A stretch of 64,000 bases of DNA from Chlorokybus atmophyticus (lineage: Eukaryota > Plantae > Mesostigma and Chlorokybus algae). A program made the translations under genes and the position numbers. The first letter of the stretch is position 1, and each line of letters begins with the position of its first letter. The stretch covers positions 378,272 to 442,271 of the forward strand of contig RHPI01001202.1 of the NCBI GenBank assembly GCA_009103225.1, read 5' to 3'. The notes under the pieces are model-generated. The model had not been told where the DNA came from and ran no database searches. It was given only the letters and a program-made list of their open reading frames with translations. This document shows positions 26,492 through 40,324 of the stretch, one piece after another.

Positions 26492-27953
26492 ATGACAAAG
26501 CGGCTGGCTATCGTCGTCAGGAAACGCGCCAGGCGGCTGTTGAGAAGGCCCTGCCAAGACTACAAACAGAAGGCTTCTGGAAGCAGCAGCAGCGCCACCA
26601 CGCAAACCGAACCGGATCCAGTGAGTGGTGTAGCTTCGAGTGTCATTGTCAGTACACATTACACAAGCGACTGGCAAAGCAACTCCTCCCATAACAAATG
26701 GTTGTGTACTTACGTGTCAGGTTATCACACTATTTCATGGACTCATTCCCGTGTTTGTCCATGTATGTGATTGTCACTAGATGTAACAGGTTGTTGCATA
26801 ATGTGACCAGATACTACATCAACTCATGCATGTTCATGCGTGTGTTAGCCGCAGGCGAGCTCCAGCTGTTGCATTGGCTGTGTGCGCATGTACCTATGAT
26901 GGTATGATGTGCAGGGCCCATCCGAGCCAGTGTGCCGGTTTTGTCTTGAGGAGCACACTGAGGGTGATGGCGATCAGCTGATCAGCCCATGCGCGTGCCG
27001 CGGAAGCATCGAGTTCGTGCACTTAGCCTGCCTGCGTGAGGTACTTCCACCCGATCGCTTTCTTTTATACAATGACATGTTGATGAGGAGGAGGAGGATC
27101 GTGATGGTGAAAGGAAGCATGTGCACAGACACAGCACCTTTCACTGCATAGTATCTACTAGCTTGCCAAAACATGCATGTATCGGTGATTGCTTATAAAC
27201 AACCGCATCTGCTACCAGCTGTCCTGCGTGGCATAGTGCACTTTGTCAAGTGCATGTGTGGCTTGTTGTGTGGCAGTGGGTGAGCACATGCAACAAGCGT
27301 GTCGGCGTCTCATACAAGAAGCCTCCGGCGTTCAGCGTGGCGTGCCCCGTTTGCCTGCAGCGGTACCGCTACGAGGACCAGAGAGAGGATGCGCAACCGC
27401 TCTCACAGTCACGAGACGAGGATGATCACCACCATCATCATCCATCATGGCACCGGCCTCTCCCCGCACGCGAACGCTGCATTGCGTCGATATTTATTGC
27501 TCTCCTCCTTGCGGCCGGACTCGCCGTTACACACATCACAGACGAATACACCGCCCAATATGTAAGCAAAATCAACAAGAGACAAAGTGTATGTGCGTGC
27601 GCTTGTGTGCGCAAGTGTGTGTATGTATGCCCCCGCGCGTGTGTGTGCGAGTGCATGCATTGTGTGTGCGTGCGTGCGTTTGTGTGTCTGGTTGTTGATG
27701 TGGTGCATTGCAGATGCAGCAGGCCATTGACAACACAATAAGCACGCCCGAGTCTAATGCGCATGCGACAAGCCTTGTTAAAGGGTTGGGCTTTGCACGC
27801 GTGGGCTGGCGCATGGAGGAGCAGGTCCTGTTGGCCATGCGTTGCATGGAGCGCACGCTGCACAAGTATGTTGAGACCAACATGGCTGCACGCGAGCACA
27901 CGCCGCACACGCTGGCGCCCAATGGCCACAGTTCAAACGCGCACGACACATGA
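26492..27953 (+). CDS. RING-CH (RINGv/MARCH-like) zinc-finger membrane protein
   Basis: CRFCLEE...LISPCACRGSIEFVHLACLRE|W...CPVC C4HC3 pattern over phase-0 introns, then a hydrophobic segment CIASIFIALLLAAGLAVTHI. The 5' end is uncertain. Confidence 0.8.
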
Positions 27954-28842
27954 CATGGGTGGTTGCGGCATGTACACATGTTGGCGTGACGGAATGTTGG
28001 GTCTGGCGCTGCATAGTGTCAGCAGACTGCGGTTTGTTTGTATAGAGTTGTTGCTGCTGTGTCTCTGTGTTTGATAAGTCACAGTCTGTATACTGGGTAG
28101 GCAGCTACGTATAGCGTGTATGACTGAGCAGGTCAGGCCGGCGTTGCTGTGACTGTAAATTACATGACATGTAGCGAGGTAAAACGCCCTTGCAGTTGGT
28201 GCATGCCCTCAGCGTTGTTGTGCGGTAATTGTAACCAAAAACGTTGAAGATTGGCGCAAAGATTAATTTGTGGCCAAAACGTTGAATTGGAAATCAGACA
28301 GTTATGACATTGTATTTGCTACTGTGCCACAAACAGCCGCTAGCATTTGCATGAAAGCTTGTGCGTTGTGGTGATCTTGACAGTCTCTAGCTTGCATACT
28401 GGCATTAACTATTTGCCTTCCTGGCACACACCCGCGAAGGTTGCAGTTCCAGAATCACGTCACGTGGACATGGCGTTATACATGTGCACATGCATACATA
28501 GTTGTTGATGTTGTTCTTGCAAAGCACAACCGCAGAAAGTCTCAGATAAGGTTCTCTTTCAACTACGAGCTTGGCTTGGCAACTTCTGTCCCCTTTAATC
28601 TTGCAACGAAACATCCGTGCGCAGATTGCAGCTGAGCAGGACGACTGTTGCTGGCCTTTGAATGCAGGTGGGACCACACGCACGCACGCACGCATGCACA
28701 TGCGCTCGTGCATGGATGCACACGCACAACACACATACCCCCATGTACCACACCACAACTTTCTTCCATATCTGTTTTTCAAGCAGACCGCCAAATCTAA
28801 TCTTCTTACAACCCCACCCCCACCCCCACCCCTCCCCCTCCT

Positions 28843-29268
28843 CTACCCCCACACCCTCCACGTACAATCCGCCCCGCTGGTCACCATCCACCCCCTCCTC
28901 TCTTCCCCGCCAAACTCCACCCCACTCACCGCCTCCTCATGTCCCCTCATCTCCTTAACGACACTCCCATCCTCACTGCTAACACACCTCACGACTGCAT
29001 CGTCACACGCGCAGGCCACGACGCGACCGCTGCCGTCGAAGGAGACGGAGGAGATGGGGTAGCCGCGGGATAAGGGGAGGGAGAGACGGGGGAAGGGAGA
29101 GGAGAGTAAGCGGAGGTCGAAGAGGTTGAGGAGACCGTCGGCGTCGCAGCTGGCGATGGTGTCGCCCTGGGAGGGGGAGAGCGAGTGTAAGCGTGTGTGT
29201 GGTATCCGGCATCAACACACACGCACTCGCTCACACTCTCGTGCACGCGCACGCACAAGCACACTCGC

Positions 29269-29299
<31 letters not shown>

Positions 29300-32200
29300 T
29301 GTCTCATTCCACCCACACACTCACCCTTAGGTTGAACGCGACGGAGTTGACCGAATTCAGATGTCCGTGGCACGTCGCGACGCACAATTGCGTCCTCGCA
29401 TCCCACAAGCTCACGGTCTTATCGCTACTCCCCGTCACCAACACCCCACTATACGGTTGCCACGCGAGTCCATTCACACTATCCGCATGCCCTCGTAGAG
29501 CCACTTTACACCTCCCCATCGTCAAGTCCCACAACCTCGCGCTGTGATCCAACGAACACGAAGCCAACATGTCCCCCAAGTCGTGGTGCTTCACGTCCCA
29601 CACAGCCTGCTTGTGGTCCGATAGTGTTAATGTGCACTTGGCACGGTCAAAGTCCCAAATCTTGACCAAAGAGTTGCCGGAGGCAGAGGCGAGGTGGGTG
29701 CCACGCGGGTGGAAGTCCACTGCACTTATCCATGATGAGGAGGTGGGTGGGGTGGAGGAGGAGGAGGAGGAGGTGGACTTGTGGGATGTGGGGGTGGGGG
29801 TGGATGAAGAGGTGTCGCCGCTCATGATGAGGTCGCCGTTGGGGATGGACCACATCTTCCAGGTGCCGTCATCGGAAGCGGTGGCAACAACGGCCTTCTT
29901 GGGATGAACGGCGATGCTATGGGGCGTGGAGGAGTCAGTCAGTTTTCAAAGCTTGGGTGTCTCAAAGAGTCATTGTGCTTGGAAAACTCTACGTTACACA
30001 TACTCCCACACCCACACCCACACCCACACCCACACCCACACCCACACCCACACCCACACCCACACNNNNNNNNNNNNNNNNNNNNNNNNNNNNNNNNNNN
30101 NNNNNNNNNNNNNNNNNNNNNNNNNNNNNNNNNNNNNNNNNNNNNNNNNNNNNNNNNNNNNNNNNNNNNNNNNNNNNNNNNNNNNNNNNNNNNNNNNNNN
30201 NNNNNNNNNNNNNNNNNNNNNNNNNNNNNNNNNNNNNNNNNNNNNNNNNNNNNNNNNNNNNNNNNNNNNNNNNNNNNNNNNNNNNNNNNNNNNNNNNNNN
30301 NNNNNNNNNNNNNNNNNNNNNNNNNNNNNNNNNNNNNNNNNNNNNNNNNNNNNNNNNNNNNNNNNNNNNNNNNNNNNNNNNNNNNNNNNNNNNNNNNNNN
30401 NNNNNNNNNNNNNNNNNNNNNNNNNNNNNNNNNNNNNNNNNNNNNNNNNNNNNNNNNNNNNNNNNNNNNNNNNNNNNNNNNNNNNNNNNNNNNNNNNNNN
30501 NNNNNNNNNNNNNNNNNNNNNNNNNNNNNNNNNNNNNNNNNNNNNNNNNNNNNNNNNNNNNNNNNNNNNNNNNNNNNNNNNNNNNNNNNNNNNNNNNNNN
30601 NNNNNNNNNNNNNNNNNNNNNNNNNNNNNNNNNNNNNNNNNNNNNNNNNNNNNNNNNNNNNNNNNNNNNNNNNNNNCACCCACCCACACTCACTTACTTG
30701 CTTATTCCCATCAGGTGTCCCCTGAACGTCTTCAACAAGTTCCATCCCGCCACCGGCGCCGCATCAAAGGTCAATTCCAGGAACGGGTTGGCTCTCGGTG
30801 CTAATGGCACCTGCGCTCCTGTCCCGATCCCGTTTCCGGTGTTATTGGTTCCCGAATTGGGACCAGGACCAACCTTCCTTGCGGGGGAACCAGTTGTGGC
30901 CTTGCGGGCGGCCCCGGTGTTTTTTGACGTTGTTGTTGTGGTGGTTGTTTTCTTGGAGGGCTGCTCGGACGGTAGCATGTTGTTGTTGCTGTTATTGTTG
31001 CTTTCGGATACGGCCTGCTGCTGCTGCTCGAGCTGCTTCAAGTTGCCCTCCAACACAGCCACCTGTGTATATGGTGTATGATGTGTGTGAGTTGTGTATG
31101 TCTTGAATGGCGACCCCAACCTTGCGCGCATGCGTGTGCGTGTGTTCATCCTTGCCTTTGCGGATAAGCGGTCACGTTCGAGCTTCACAAGCATCTTCTC
31201 CTTCATGGCCGCTTCATACTTGTGTCGGAGCTCCCGGATGGTCGGCTCGTACTGACCGTAGTGCTTCCTCAACCTCTGGAGACACAGACAGAGACACCGA
31301 GTCATGAACACCCTCTCATCCCTGTCTCATTCCCAACATGACTCTCTTCCCCCTCCCCCCCCCCGACACCTTGATGTCGTTGATGAGTCGCGTCTTCTCC
31401 TGCGCCACGCGGCGGTGGTGCATGCGATGCAGGTCGCGCTCGCGACGGAACTTGTCCCACGTCGCCGTCGCCTTACTGCGAGGAGAGGGAGGGGGACAAA
31501 CATGTGGGTATGTGCGTGGGTGCGTGGGTGGGTGGGTGGGGTGGGGGTGGGTGGGTGGGTGGGGACAGCGCATCAGAAGTTACCGTACCCACCCAACATA
31601 ACTCGCTTTGCACATACACACCCACACCCACCCACCCACATACTTTGCAATGTCCGTTGCTGCCTTGAGGTCCCCCCTCGTCCCCTCCAGCGCCTCCTCC
31701 AGCGCTCTGCACCTCGCGTACGCGTCCGGCATCGCGTTGTTGTTGTCCCCTCCTCCACTGATACCGGTGTTGTTGGGGCCCGAGACGGTGTCGGGCCCGC
31801 CTGGCGACTCGAGGCACCAGGAGGGGAGACGGCCGGAGTCCTTGGACTCGTACCATTCGGTCTGTTGGAGGATGGATAAGTGTGTGTGTGTGTGCTTGCA
31901 TGCGTGCGTGCGTCAGGGAGTGTGTGGAAGCGGCGGTAGATGGATGCGCGCGTGCGTGTGCATGCATGCATGCATGCATACGCACGCACATGCGCACACG
32001 TGTTCATGCACGCACGCACGCACGGCCCCCCTCCACCACATGTCCCCACCTCATCCCCCCCAAACCACACCGCTCACCTCAAACGCTTCCAGCGCGCGCG
32101 CCAGTCCCGCCCTCGCCAGGAAGTTGCGCACGAAGTCGTCGGGCGGTTCGGGCGCGCGGCTCGACGACGCCTCGCGATTGATGATGTTGCTAGTCCTGTA

Positions 32201-33072
32201 GCCGGTATGACCACCGCTGGTATGCGCCGCTGGTGAAGACATAAAAGGGAAAGAGAGTTGGGAGACTCATCTAGTGCATGCTACAGTGTTTCTAAGCATG
32301 CATGCGTGGGCTTGTGTGGGTGTGATTGAGTGGGTAGTGCGAGGGTAGGCGCGTGGATGTGTGCATGTGTGTGTACGCGCATAGGTGTATGTTTGTGCGC
32401 GTGATTCACTTGCATTCCCCACCCCATTCCTCACCCTTGCGTTCCCTTATCCCATGCAGCGCCCTCAGCGCCTGCTCCAGGTCCTCCGAGTCCCGCGCGT
32501 CTGCCTCCGCATCCTCCGCTCCTCCCTCTTCGTTGCTGCGTGCGGCGTCGTCCTCCACCAGCTCGTAGGCGAAGTCGTCGTCGGAATCGTCCAACGCAAC
32601 CTCTGCGGGTTAGGTTGGGGTTTTTGATATAGGTGGGTTGGTTTATCAGTAGCCACATTCGTCCCCCTGATGAGTCTTCTCTGACTGTGTTTGTGTAACC
32701 CATGACGACGATCTTAAAACAACATCTGCATGATGATACCAGACTGTATGTGTGCTGAAATCAGAGCAGCTGCACATTTTGCTTGTACTTGTCTGGTTGA
32801 ACACTGAGTTGTAGGCTTTCGCCCCTCTCTCTGTGCATAAGAGAGCAGGGAGGGCAAGCACTCACACTCCACTCCAGATTTCAGTATACGGACTCAAAAT
32901 CAAATTTCTACACAGCAAACCTTCTTATGCTTACTGGATTTTGATTTTTTTAAACAACAACAAGAGCAAGATCGCTGTTTGCCACTGTGACGAAGAAACA
33001 CCAGGTAAGGTAAAACACTTGACACGAGGACTTACGCTCAAGCGTGAACTCATCCTCGGCCACGTCCGTCAT
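28843..33072 (-). CDS. PF20: Flagellar central-pair WD40 protein PF20/SPAG16, multi-exon; one intron spans an assembly gap
   Basis: N-terminal DDSDDDFAYE...SEDLEQALRAL, PEPPDDFVRNFL...EWYE, WDKFRRERDLHRMHHRRVAQEK, RLRKHYGQYEPTIRELRHKYEAAMKEKMLVKLERDRL, LLKTFRGH. WD40 repeats follow and end at GHEEAVSGVEF...SGADCTWRVWG*. Confidence 0.9.
30007..30065. repeat. (CACACC)n hexamer repeat running into a ~610-nt gap (PF20 intron)
   Basis: About 10 tandem copies of the hexamer precede the N run; cacccacccacac resumes after the gap. Confidence 0.85.
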
Positions 33073-33503
33073 TGTCGTCGCCCCTCCTCCTCCTCCTCCT
33101 CCTCCTCGTACTTCTACTGATACTCGTCCTCCTCCCCGTCCTCCTTCGCCGCCTTCACACCAGCGGCGGCGGCGGCGGCGGCGGCGGCAGCGGCCTAAAA
33201 TAGCCTCACGCCAGCCTTTCTGTTTGCTTTCGCCGCCGCAGTGTCACATGACAACCCTGTACCTCAGTCGTAACTCCGACACGATGCGTTCGCCCCATAG
33301 ATACGCCTTTGGCCCCTGGGTTACGCCCCTTGCTTTGCTTAACAACCGTAACGCAGTCACGCCCGTGCCCACCAACTGTAACAGATCTATCGCTGTGAGT
33401 GCAACGCAGCGGCGGCGGCGGCGGCGGACGAGGAGGTGGAGGAGGAAGTGGACAGAAGGAGAGAGGTTGAATTGTGAATACTGAGGATTAGGGCTACACG
33501 GAC

Positions 33504-35420
33504 ATGGCGGAGCTTGAGAAGCTCAAGCTGGCGGCCATGAACGCCTCCAGCAGCTTGCAGAGTGCTGCGAGCAGGGTGTTTGGCAGAGCCAAGTGAGTGC
33601 CTTGAGAGTTGCAATTGTACAAAGTTACTTTGACTTGCTTGTCAGGTCAGCACTTGTAGCTGTTTGGAGTCTTGTTAGCGTATGGTCTGTTGAAAACGAC
33701 AGATCAGGAAGAGCCAAGGTCACATGCACATTAACCACAGCGTTGGTCACGCGCAATGGTGATTTTTAACTAGGTACTGAAGCTGACCAATACACAAGCC
33801 CACGAGTTATTACAGCATCACGTTTTCACGTCAAAACAAACCCTTTCAAACATGCACACATGCGTGCGTACACACACGCACGTACACACTTGTGCATGGT
33901 GCCCAGTACCTCGCACACGCAGACACAAACAGAGATAGTCAGTCAGTTCGCTCAATACACCAAGTGACAGTAAGCACTTGCTTCCATTTCACTTTTTAAT
34001 ACAACAGACAACCAATCACTCCCCGTAACCACCTCCCCCTCTCCTCCCCCTTCTCTCCCAGCTCCTTTTCCACCCGCTCCCTCGCCACCAAAGCCGCCCT
34101 CCTCTCCCTCCTCCTCGTCGCCGCCGGCATGCTCGCCGTCACTCTCCCCCGCAGTAACAACAGCAGCAGTGCAGTCTCAAACAGCGACACAGACAACAGT
34201 GTAGATAAGGAGGGGATGGACAAGGAAGCCATCGAGAAGGCGGATCTGGCGAGGGAAGAGTCGGCGAAAGCGATCGCTGTCAAAGCAAGGAAACTAGCTG
34301 AGAAGGTGAGAGTGTTGTTGTTGGTGGTGTGGGTGTGGGTGTGGGTGTGGGAACTAACGTCTCTGTACTACTGCTGCAGGACTTCAAGTCGGATATAAAG
34401 TCGTTGAAAACGGAGCTCAAGTCTCACAAGCGGGCGCTGTCAGAGCAGTCCAAGTCCATAGACGAGCTTGAAGTGAGTCGCACAACCACACACACACACA
34501 CTTCCACACGACCTCCACATGACACACAACCACCCTACAGCAAGCGTCCAAGGACACGGCCAAGCGTCACGCGGACGAGGTTTCTGGCCTGAAGTCACTC
34601 GCAAAGGAGGCCGATGCGCGCCACGCCAAGGAGGTGAAGGACCTGATGGAGCAGCTGGAGGCGAGGCAGAGGGCACACTCCCAGAAAACTGTAAGTACAA
34701 AGGAGTGTGATCCTGTGTATGTGTGTGTGTGCGGGTGTGTGTGACTGATGTGTGTGTGTGGGATAGGTTGGTATGGCGGAGGACTGGGAGAAAGAAAAGA
34801 TGGACGTGGCGCAGGCGGCTGTGATAGCCGTGCAAGACTGCCGCAACCAGGGGGAAGCTGCCGTCGCAGCCCTCACCGCCACCCTCTATGACACCCAACA
34901 AGTAGGCGCACAGGCACACGTGTGCACGTGTGTAGAGTCATACCTGAGCACATGATCGTATATGTGCATCCTTCCGCATACGCATGTATATGTCATGATC
35001 ATGTTTGAGTTGACCCGCATTAGGCAGGGGTGCTGCTTGTATGAACCATCTGAACCCCGCACAAACACATGTATACACACACGTACACGTGCAGGAGCTT
35101 GCGTGGACACGTGGCAACCTCACGGACGCCCTCACCCAAGTCACCTTCCGTGACTTATTCATCAAAGACCTCAACTCGCAAATTGACGCCGAGAAAGTCA
35201 AGTAAGACTCCGTGTTCCACATACCCACATCACCCACACCAGCCAACATTCTCACAACATGTGCCCCCTTGCAGGGTGCAGCAGCTGGACGACGAGTTGT
35301 TCGAGTCCCGCCACGCAAAGGCGTATCTGGCGGACCGGTTCGGGAAGGACAAGAAGGAAGAGAAGGATGATGAGGGTGATGTGGATGAGGAGGAGGGTGA
35401 CGAGGAGGGTGAGGAGGAGG
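33504..35420 (+). CDS. Uncharacterised coiled-coil protein, multi-exon, acidic C-terminal region
   Basis: At least 7 exons join in frame through canonical sites: MAELEKLKLAAMN..., EKADLAREESAKAIAVKARKLAEK|DFKSDIKSLKTELKSHK..., MAEDWEKEKMDVAQ..., FRDLFIKDLNSQID..VQQLDDELFESRHAKAY. The final exon was not located. Confidence 0.7.
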
Positions 35421-37985
35421 TAAGGTTTGAGAGGAGGCGGAGTTTACGCGGCCGGTTTGATTGATGTGTTGATATTGTGTTCAAATGGTGGAATGGAAGC
35501 TTATCTGTAGCATATGGACAATAATCAAGTTGAGTTGTTGCAGCTGATTGTGTAGCTTGCGTGTGAAAGCTTGCAAGCATATCGCATGGTGCTGTGGAAG
35601 CGGTTTCCGTTTCTTGACTTGCTAGAAATAAGCTGGCAAGCTGTAATGTAGATATGGCATTCGGTACGATATGTTGGCTGGTTGATACTTGTACTTTTGC
35701 AGTGGTTCTTTACATAGATGCCCACGTACATCACGCAACCAGCACCAAACACACACTCAGATAATTGCAGTCGAGTTGCAATAAAACTGCCGTGCTCTTC
35801 TGCTGTTGCTATTGCATTCACTTAGGTATGAGTGGCTAGTCTCGGCTCTCAGTCTTGGCTTTAACGTGCTTGGCAGGCCGCTGCGTATAAGCACGCGCTT
35901 GCGTGTGAGTGCGTGTGTGTTGTTATGTGTGTGCAAGCGCGTACGTGTGCTTCTGAACATGTGTGTGCTTGTGTGCGCGTGCTTGCAGGTAACATCCTAT
36001 GTACATGTACATATGTGCATGCTTGCGCGCGCGTGCATGTGGACTGAGATCATCTGACTTATCAGCCACAGACACTTGCATGTGCATCGTAATGAAAGTT
36101 CAACATGCATTGCTCGTTGCTATCGGTGGCCCCGATGCGGCCATTATTCTGGGTGATGCCAGTCTCTACCAAGCCAAAACTAGCAACACCATCACAACGT
36201 ATGGCATAAAATGGATGCACACCATGCCGTGCACACACAAGGTGTGCGCTAACACACGCACCCAGGCACCGAGTACTCAAAACAAAACCACAAAACACCA
36301 ACTCCCACCCATCTACTACACTTACCACAAGTAGACCTATGGGGCTGGCCAAGGGGGCTAGCTATGTGCAATGCAAGACACATCAACAGCAGGCAGGTGT
36401 GGGCAAGATGTACTAATAATAGCACGTGTCCCCGTCCTGCAGCGTAGGGGAAGAGAGGAGAGGACAAGAGGAGAGGTGAGTAATGTAGCATCGGCAGCTG
36501 TTAATGTAACGCCGGTAAATATTGAGTGGGATCAGAGGGCTAATGAAGCATTAATCAAGCGATACACAACCTTTCATGGTGGCGTCTTTTGCTACTGGCC
36601 TGGTCGGCTAAGCCCTACGTTACAGTTGACGATGACAGGTGCAAAACGATGATGACGCTGACGATGCTGTTAACGCAGCCTGTACACATTAAGATTGCGC
36701 AATCTTGATGCTGAGGGTTGCTTGAGGCACGGTGGCGAATGGAGTGGTTTTTGCAATACATGCTATAGCTACACTCAAAGGTTGTATTGCCCCATGCACA
36801 TCCAATTGAATGTTTTGCTCATCGTGCTTCTAGTTTTACTTCCATATATAAAAAATGTCATGTTCAAGGTTTTGTTTAACGAGAGTGAATTGGACGTTGT
36901 GTCATGGCGTTGAGCTAGCCCATTCGTTGTTACAAATGTTGCTTTGTGCTTTTGCTTGTGCTTAACTCAACACTCCGCATGCGACATGCATGCTTAACAC
37001 CCCACATTAAGTGCATAAGAGATGATGTGTGACAAGCAACATGTTGTGCAAAACCTCGTTGTAACTCTCATGAATGCTATTGCACGCGAGCGGCAAACAA
37101 CAAAGCATTATGTTTACAAACATGTTTAAGGTGAGCATCGTCATGTACTGATTGCGGTGCTTGATATAATATCGACTTTCCAACTCACTTGCCGGGCAAT
37201 CAAACATGTGATATACGAAACATCGGCCAAGTACAACCTGCGCCAAGCAAAGGTGCGATAAGTGCCGCATGTACCACTGCTGATGTGTCTTTGCGCATGT
37301 TGAACATGTTAAAGACCTACTGTATTGTATCGATAGCGCATGTGTTGCAATTACGCTTTTGTCTTACAAACGCATGCGCGCCTGTGCAAAAGTTGCACCT
37401 GTCCATTTGCTTTGCCAATAAGCGGCTTACTATATTTAGTGAATGTGGGAGGTGCTAATTGTGTATCTCATTGACACACATGTGTGGGTTGCATTTGTTG
37501 CGCATTGCATGCCATATACAATGTATACTATGCATGCGATCGTTTGTTTCAATCACATGGACGTGCGCTTGTAATCGTGTGCATACATTGCTTCATTACT
37601 CAACATCAACGATGCATTCACACACACCGCCATGTTACGATTAAGGTCACGTTGTTCTTATTAAGATAACACCTCCAGTTTTTGCCACTCATGAACAAAC
37701 AAACTGCTTGGCTCATCTGAACAAATCTATACATGACCAGTCACGTCCACTGCTGGTCAACAAGTAGCAGTCTACACACCTTGCAATCGGAGGAAAGCAC
37801 ACGCACAAGCCAGCCATTCCTATAACCGTACCCTTGCTGCCTGGTGCGATGGCACAGCTTGCTTCCCGCCCAGACAGCAAAAACGACATGCGTACACTCG
37901 CATGCGCTCCTACACATTGTTGTTGCCGTTGTCGTCGTCGTCGTCGTTGGCGGCGACGGCGACGGCGACGGCGGCATCATCAACC

Positions 37986-38707
37986 ATGGCCCGCTACGAG
38001 TCCGTCTCCTACCCCGACGGCGCCCGCTACGACGGCGTCATGTCGCCGCCGCAGGCCAGGAGTGGACGGGGGCGGTACCTCCCGGATGACGGCGGGGAGT
38101 CGGACAGGGACGGGGACAAAGGGGAGGAGAAGGAGCAGCTGTGGTGCCAGCATAGAGGGGTGCTGGCTTTTCCGGATGGAGACAGGTTAGACATGTGCGT
38201 GCGTGCGTGCGTGGTTGTTTCAAAGAGTGCGATCGTAATGCATCTGACAATATTCATCTACTCCATGGCCTTGAGGTGAAGTTTCGATGTAATGCTGTGC
38301 TAAGCAACAGATTGTCAGCAAAGAAAAAAAAAACTGCGGAAGCAAGCATTGGCAAGTTTTAAACAGCCTTGCCTGGCCGTGGCTTGAGATCGAAGAGCCA
38401 CTTAGAGATTGTCTCCCATGAGACATGTTCTCATGTGCCACTATGGACACAGCATAGAAATCCGCACACATGTGCGCGTGCATGTGTATGAATGAATGTG
38501 CAAAAAAGTTCACACACACACGCGTGCGTGTGCACACGCGCGCATAAACAAGCATGTGCTGGTTGCAGATACGAGGGCGAGTTCCGGGACAACACAATGC
38601 ATGGCCTCGGCGTGTACACATGGGGAGCCAATGGTGCTCACTATGCCGGTTGGTGGCGCGCCAACCGCATGCACGGCTGCGGCGTCAAGGCAAGTGTAGT
38701 GATTTCT

Positions 38708-38748
<41 letters not shown>

Positions 38749-39358
38749 GCGCGAGTATGTAGCTGAGGGTATGCGTGCACACGTATGCCCATGTCCAACC
38801 TCTGCGCAACAAAACGCATGCACACACATACACGCGCATGTGCACACTTGCGCGCACATGCACAACACAAGCTGCAGGTGCACCCGGGGGGTGTAGTAGA
38901 GGAGGGCGAGTGGGCAGAGGACGCCTTTGCTGGCACGCACATGTCGTGCCCCATCCCCGAAGCCCGCCGCGCCGCCGCCGAGGCCACGCGCCTCGCCACC
39001 CGCACCCGCACACTCCTCACCCCTGATCATGGTAAGCTTGTGTGTATGCAAGCGTGTGCGTGTGTGCGTCTGTATAGGTGCGTCTCGCGCGTGTGTCTGC
39101 TTGCATGCATTTGCCTGAGCACTTCAACCCACACATGCACATGTGTCAATTGCATAGCCCTAACCCTCACTGCATGCATGCTGCACAGGCGAGGAGGGGC
39201 CGTCTACCAGCGGTGCTTCTTCAACATCATCATCTGAGGCAGACGCCAAACCAAGTACACGCCAGCAGCGGCCTGTTTCACATGCAATGGCCGCGATATC
39301 GCAAAGCGCTCGGGTATGCCTTGAAACAAGTTATATGTATGTTGGGTTTATGCGTTAG
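37986..39358 (+). CDS. MORN-repeat protein
   Basis: YPDGARYDG; FPDGDR|YEGEFRDNTMHGLGVYTWGANGAHYAGWWRANRMHGCGVK; four exons with canonical sites. The 3' end is uncertain. Confidence 0.8.
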
Positions 39359-40324
39359 CTGACTTGATTTGTGGTCGAGTTGTGCGCAGCGGTTTTGGCA
39401 CAACTTGCTGCATCAACCAGGTAATGGGGCCCGCGCTGATGGCAGAGTTAGGTTGAGCACAGATGAACACCATAGCCACAGGCCGAGGGCATAACGTGAT
39501 TGTCAACTCAACATTCTGTTGGGAATGTACATACATGCAAAGCCGTGTGACAATGTCGTTGTAGCTTGTGTGATTTCGGTTGACGTGGTGAGCTGTGCAT
39601 TTTGTGTTTGAGTGACAATAACATGGGTGCGGGGTGAGAGGGACAGCGAGCCAAGTGAATGTGCAAGCTAGTTATTGGGATGTTGTTTGACAGGTTGCAG
39701 GTCAGTCACATGAGAGTCACTTCAACAATTGCGCATGACCTGGGCGATTTGTAATAAAGTCACAGTCTGTCTTGGTCACATCATTGTTGCGTCAGCATCA
39801 ACAATGCAACAGTGGTTAACAAGAGGCCTGCGGGCAACAGTATAAACATTGCGCATGCAGGGTGGGCTACTGATCGCACACTGCCCAACCCTGCTTACAT
39901 AAGAGGCATACAATCTTTTGTGCGCCAGCAGTCTCGCATCCTCCATGGACATTTCTGTCTCGCATTGTTTGTACACAACCTCCGTCCCAACCAGTACTTG
40001 TTGCACATTAAGTGCACACTCAACCCAGCATTGTCACAGTATGCTCTGTGGTACACATCTCTCTCGTCTCGCACATTCCAACCATGAAGGTGCCCCGACC
40101 GGTACCGGGTCTTACTTCAAACAGCTTGTCTGCACACCATGCAACGTAAAGACGGAGCAGCTTATGCAGCCATACCTTTTCAAGACCTTTTAACAGGGCG
40201 TGATAAAGAATAAACTTGTTTTATAACAGGAGTAGCAACTGTCGCAGACCTCAGGCATAAACGAGAGGCCTTGCTGTCACGGCTGACAGCTACAAATGTA
40301 CAACACACTACTGCTACAAAGAAC

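Noticed and set aside
29904-31081. Long ORFs containing X runs (also at 9075-9608 and 21713-22264)
   Set aside because: Artefacts of translating through N gaps and simple repeats.
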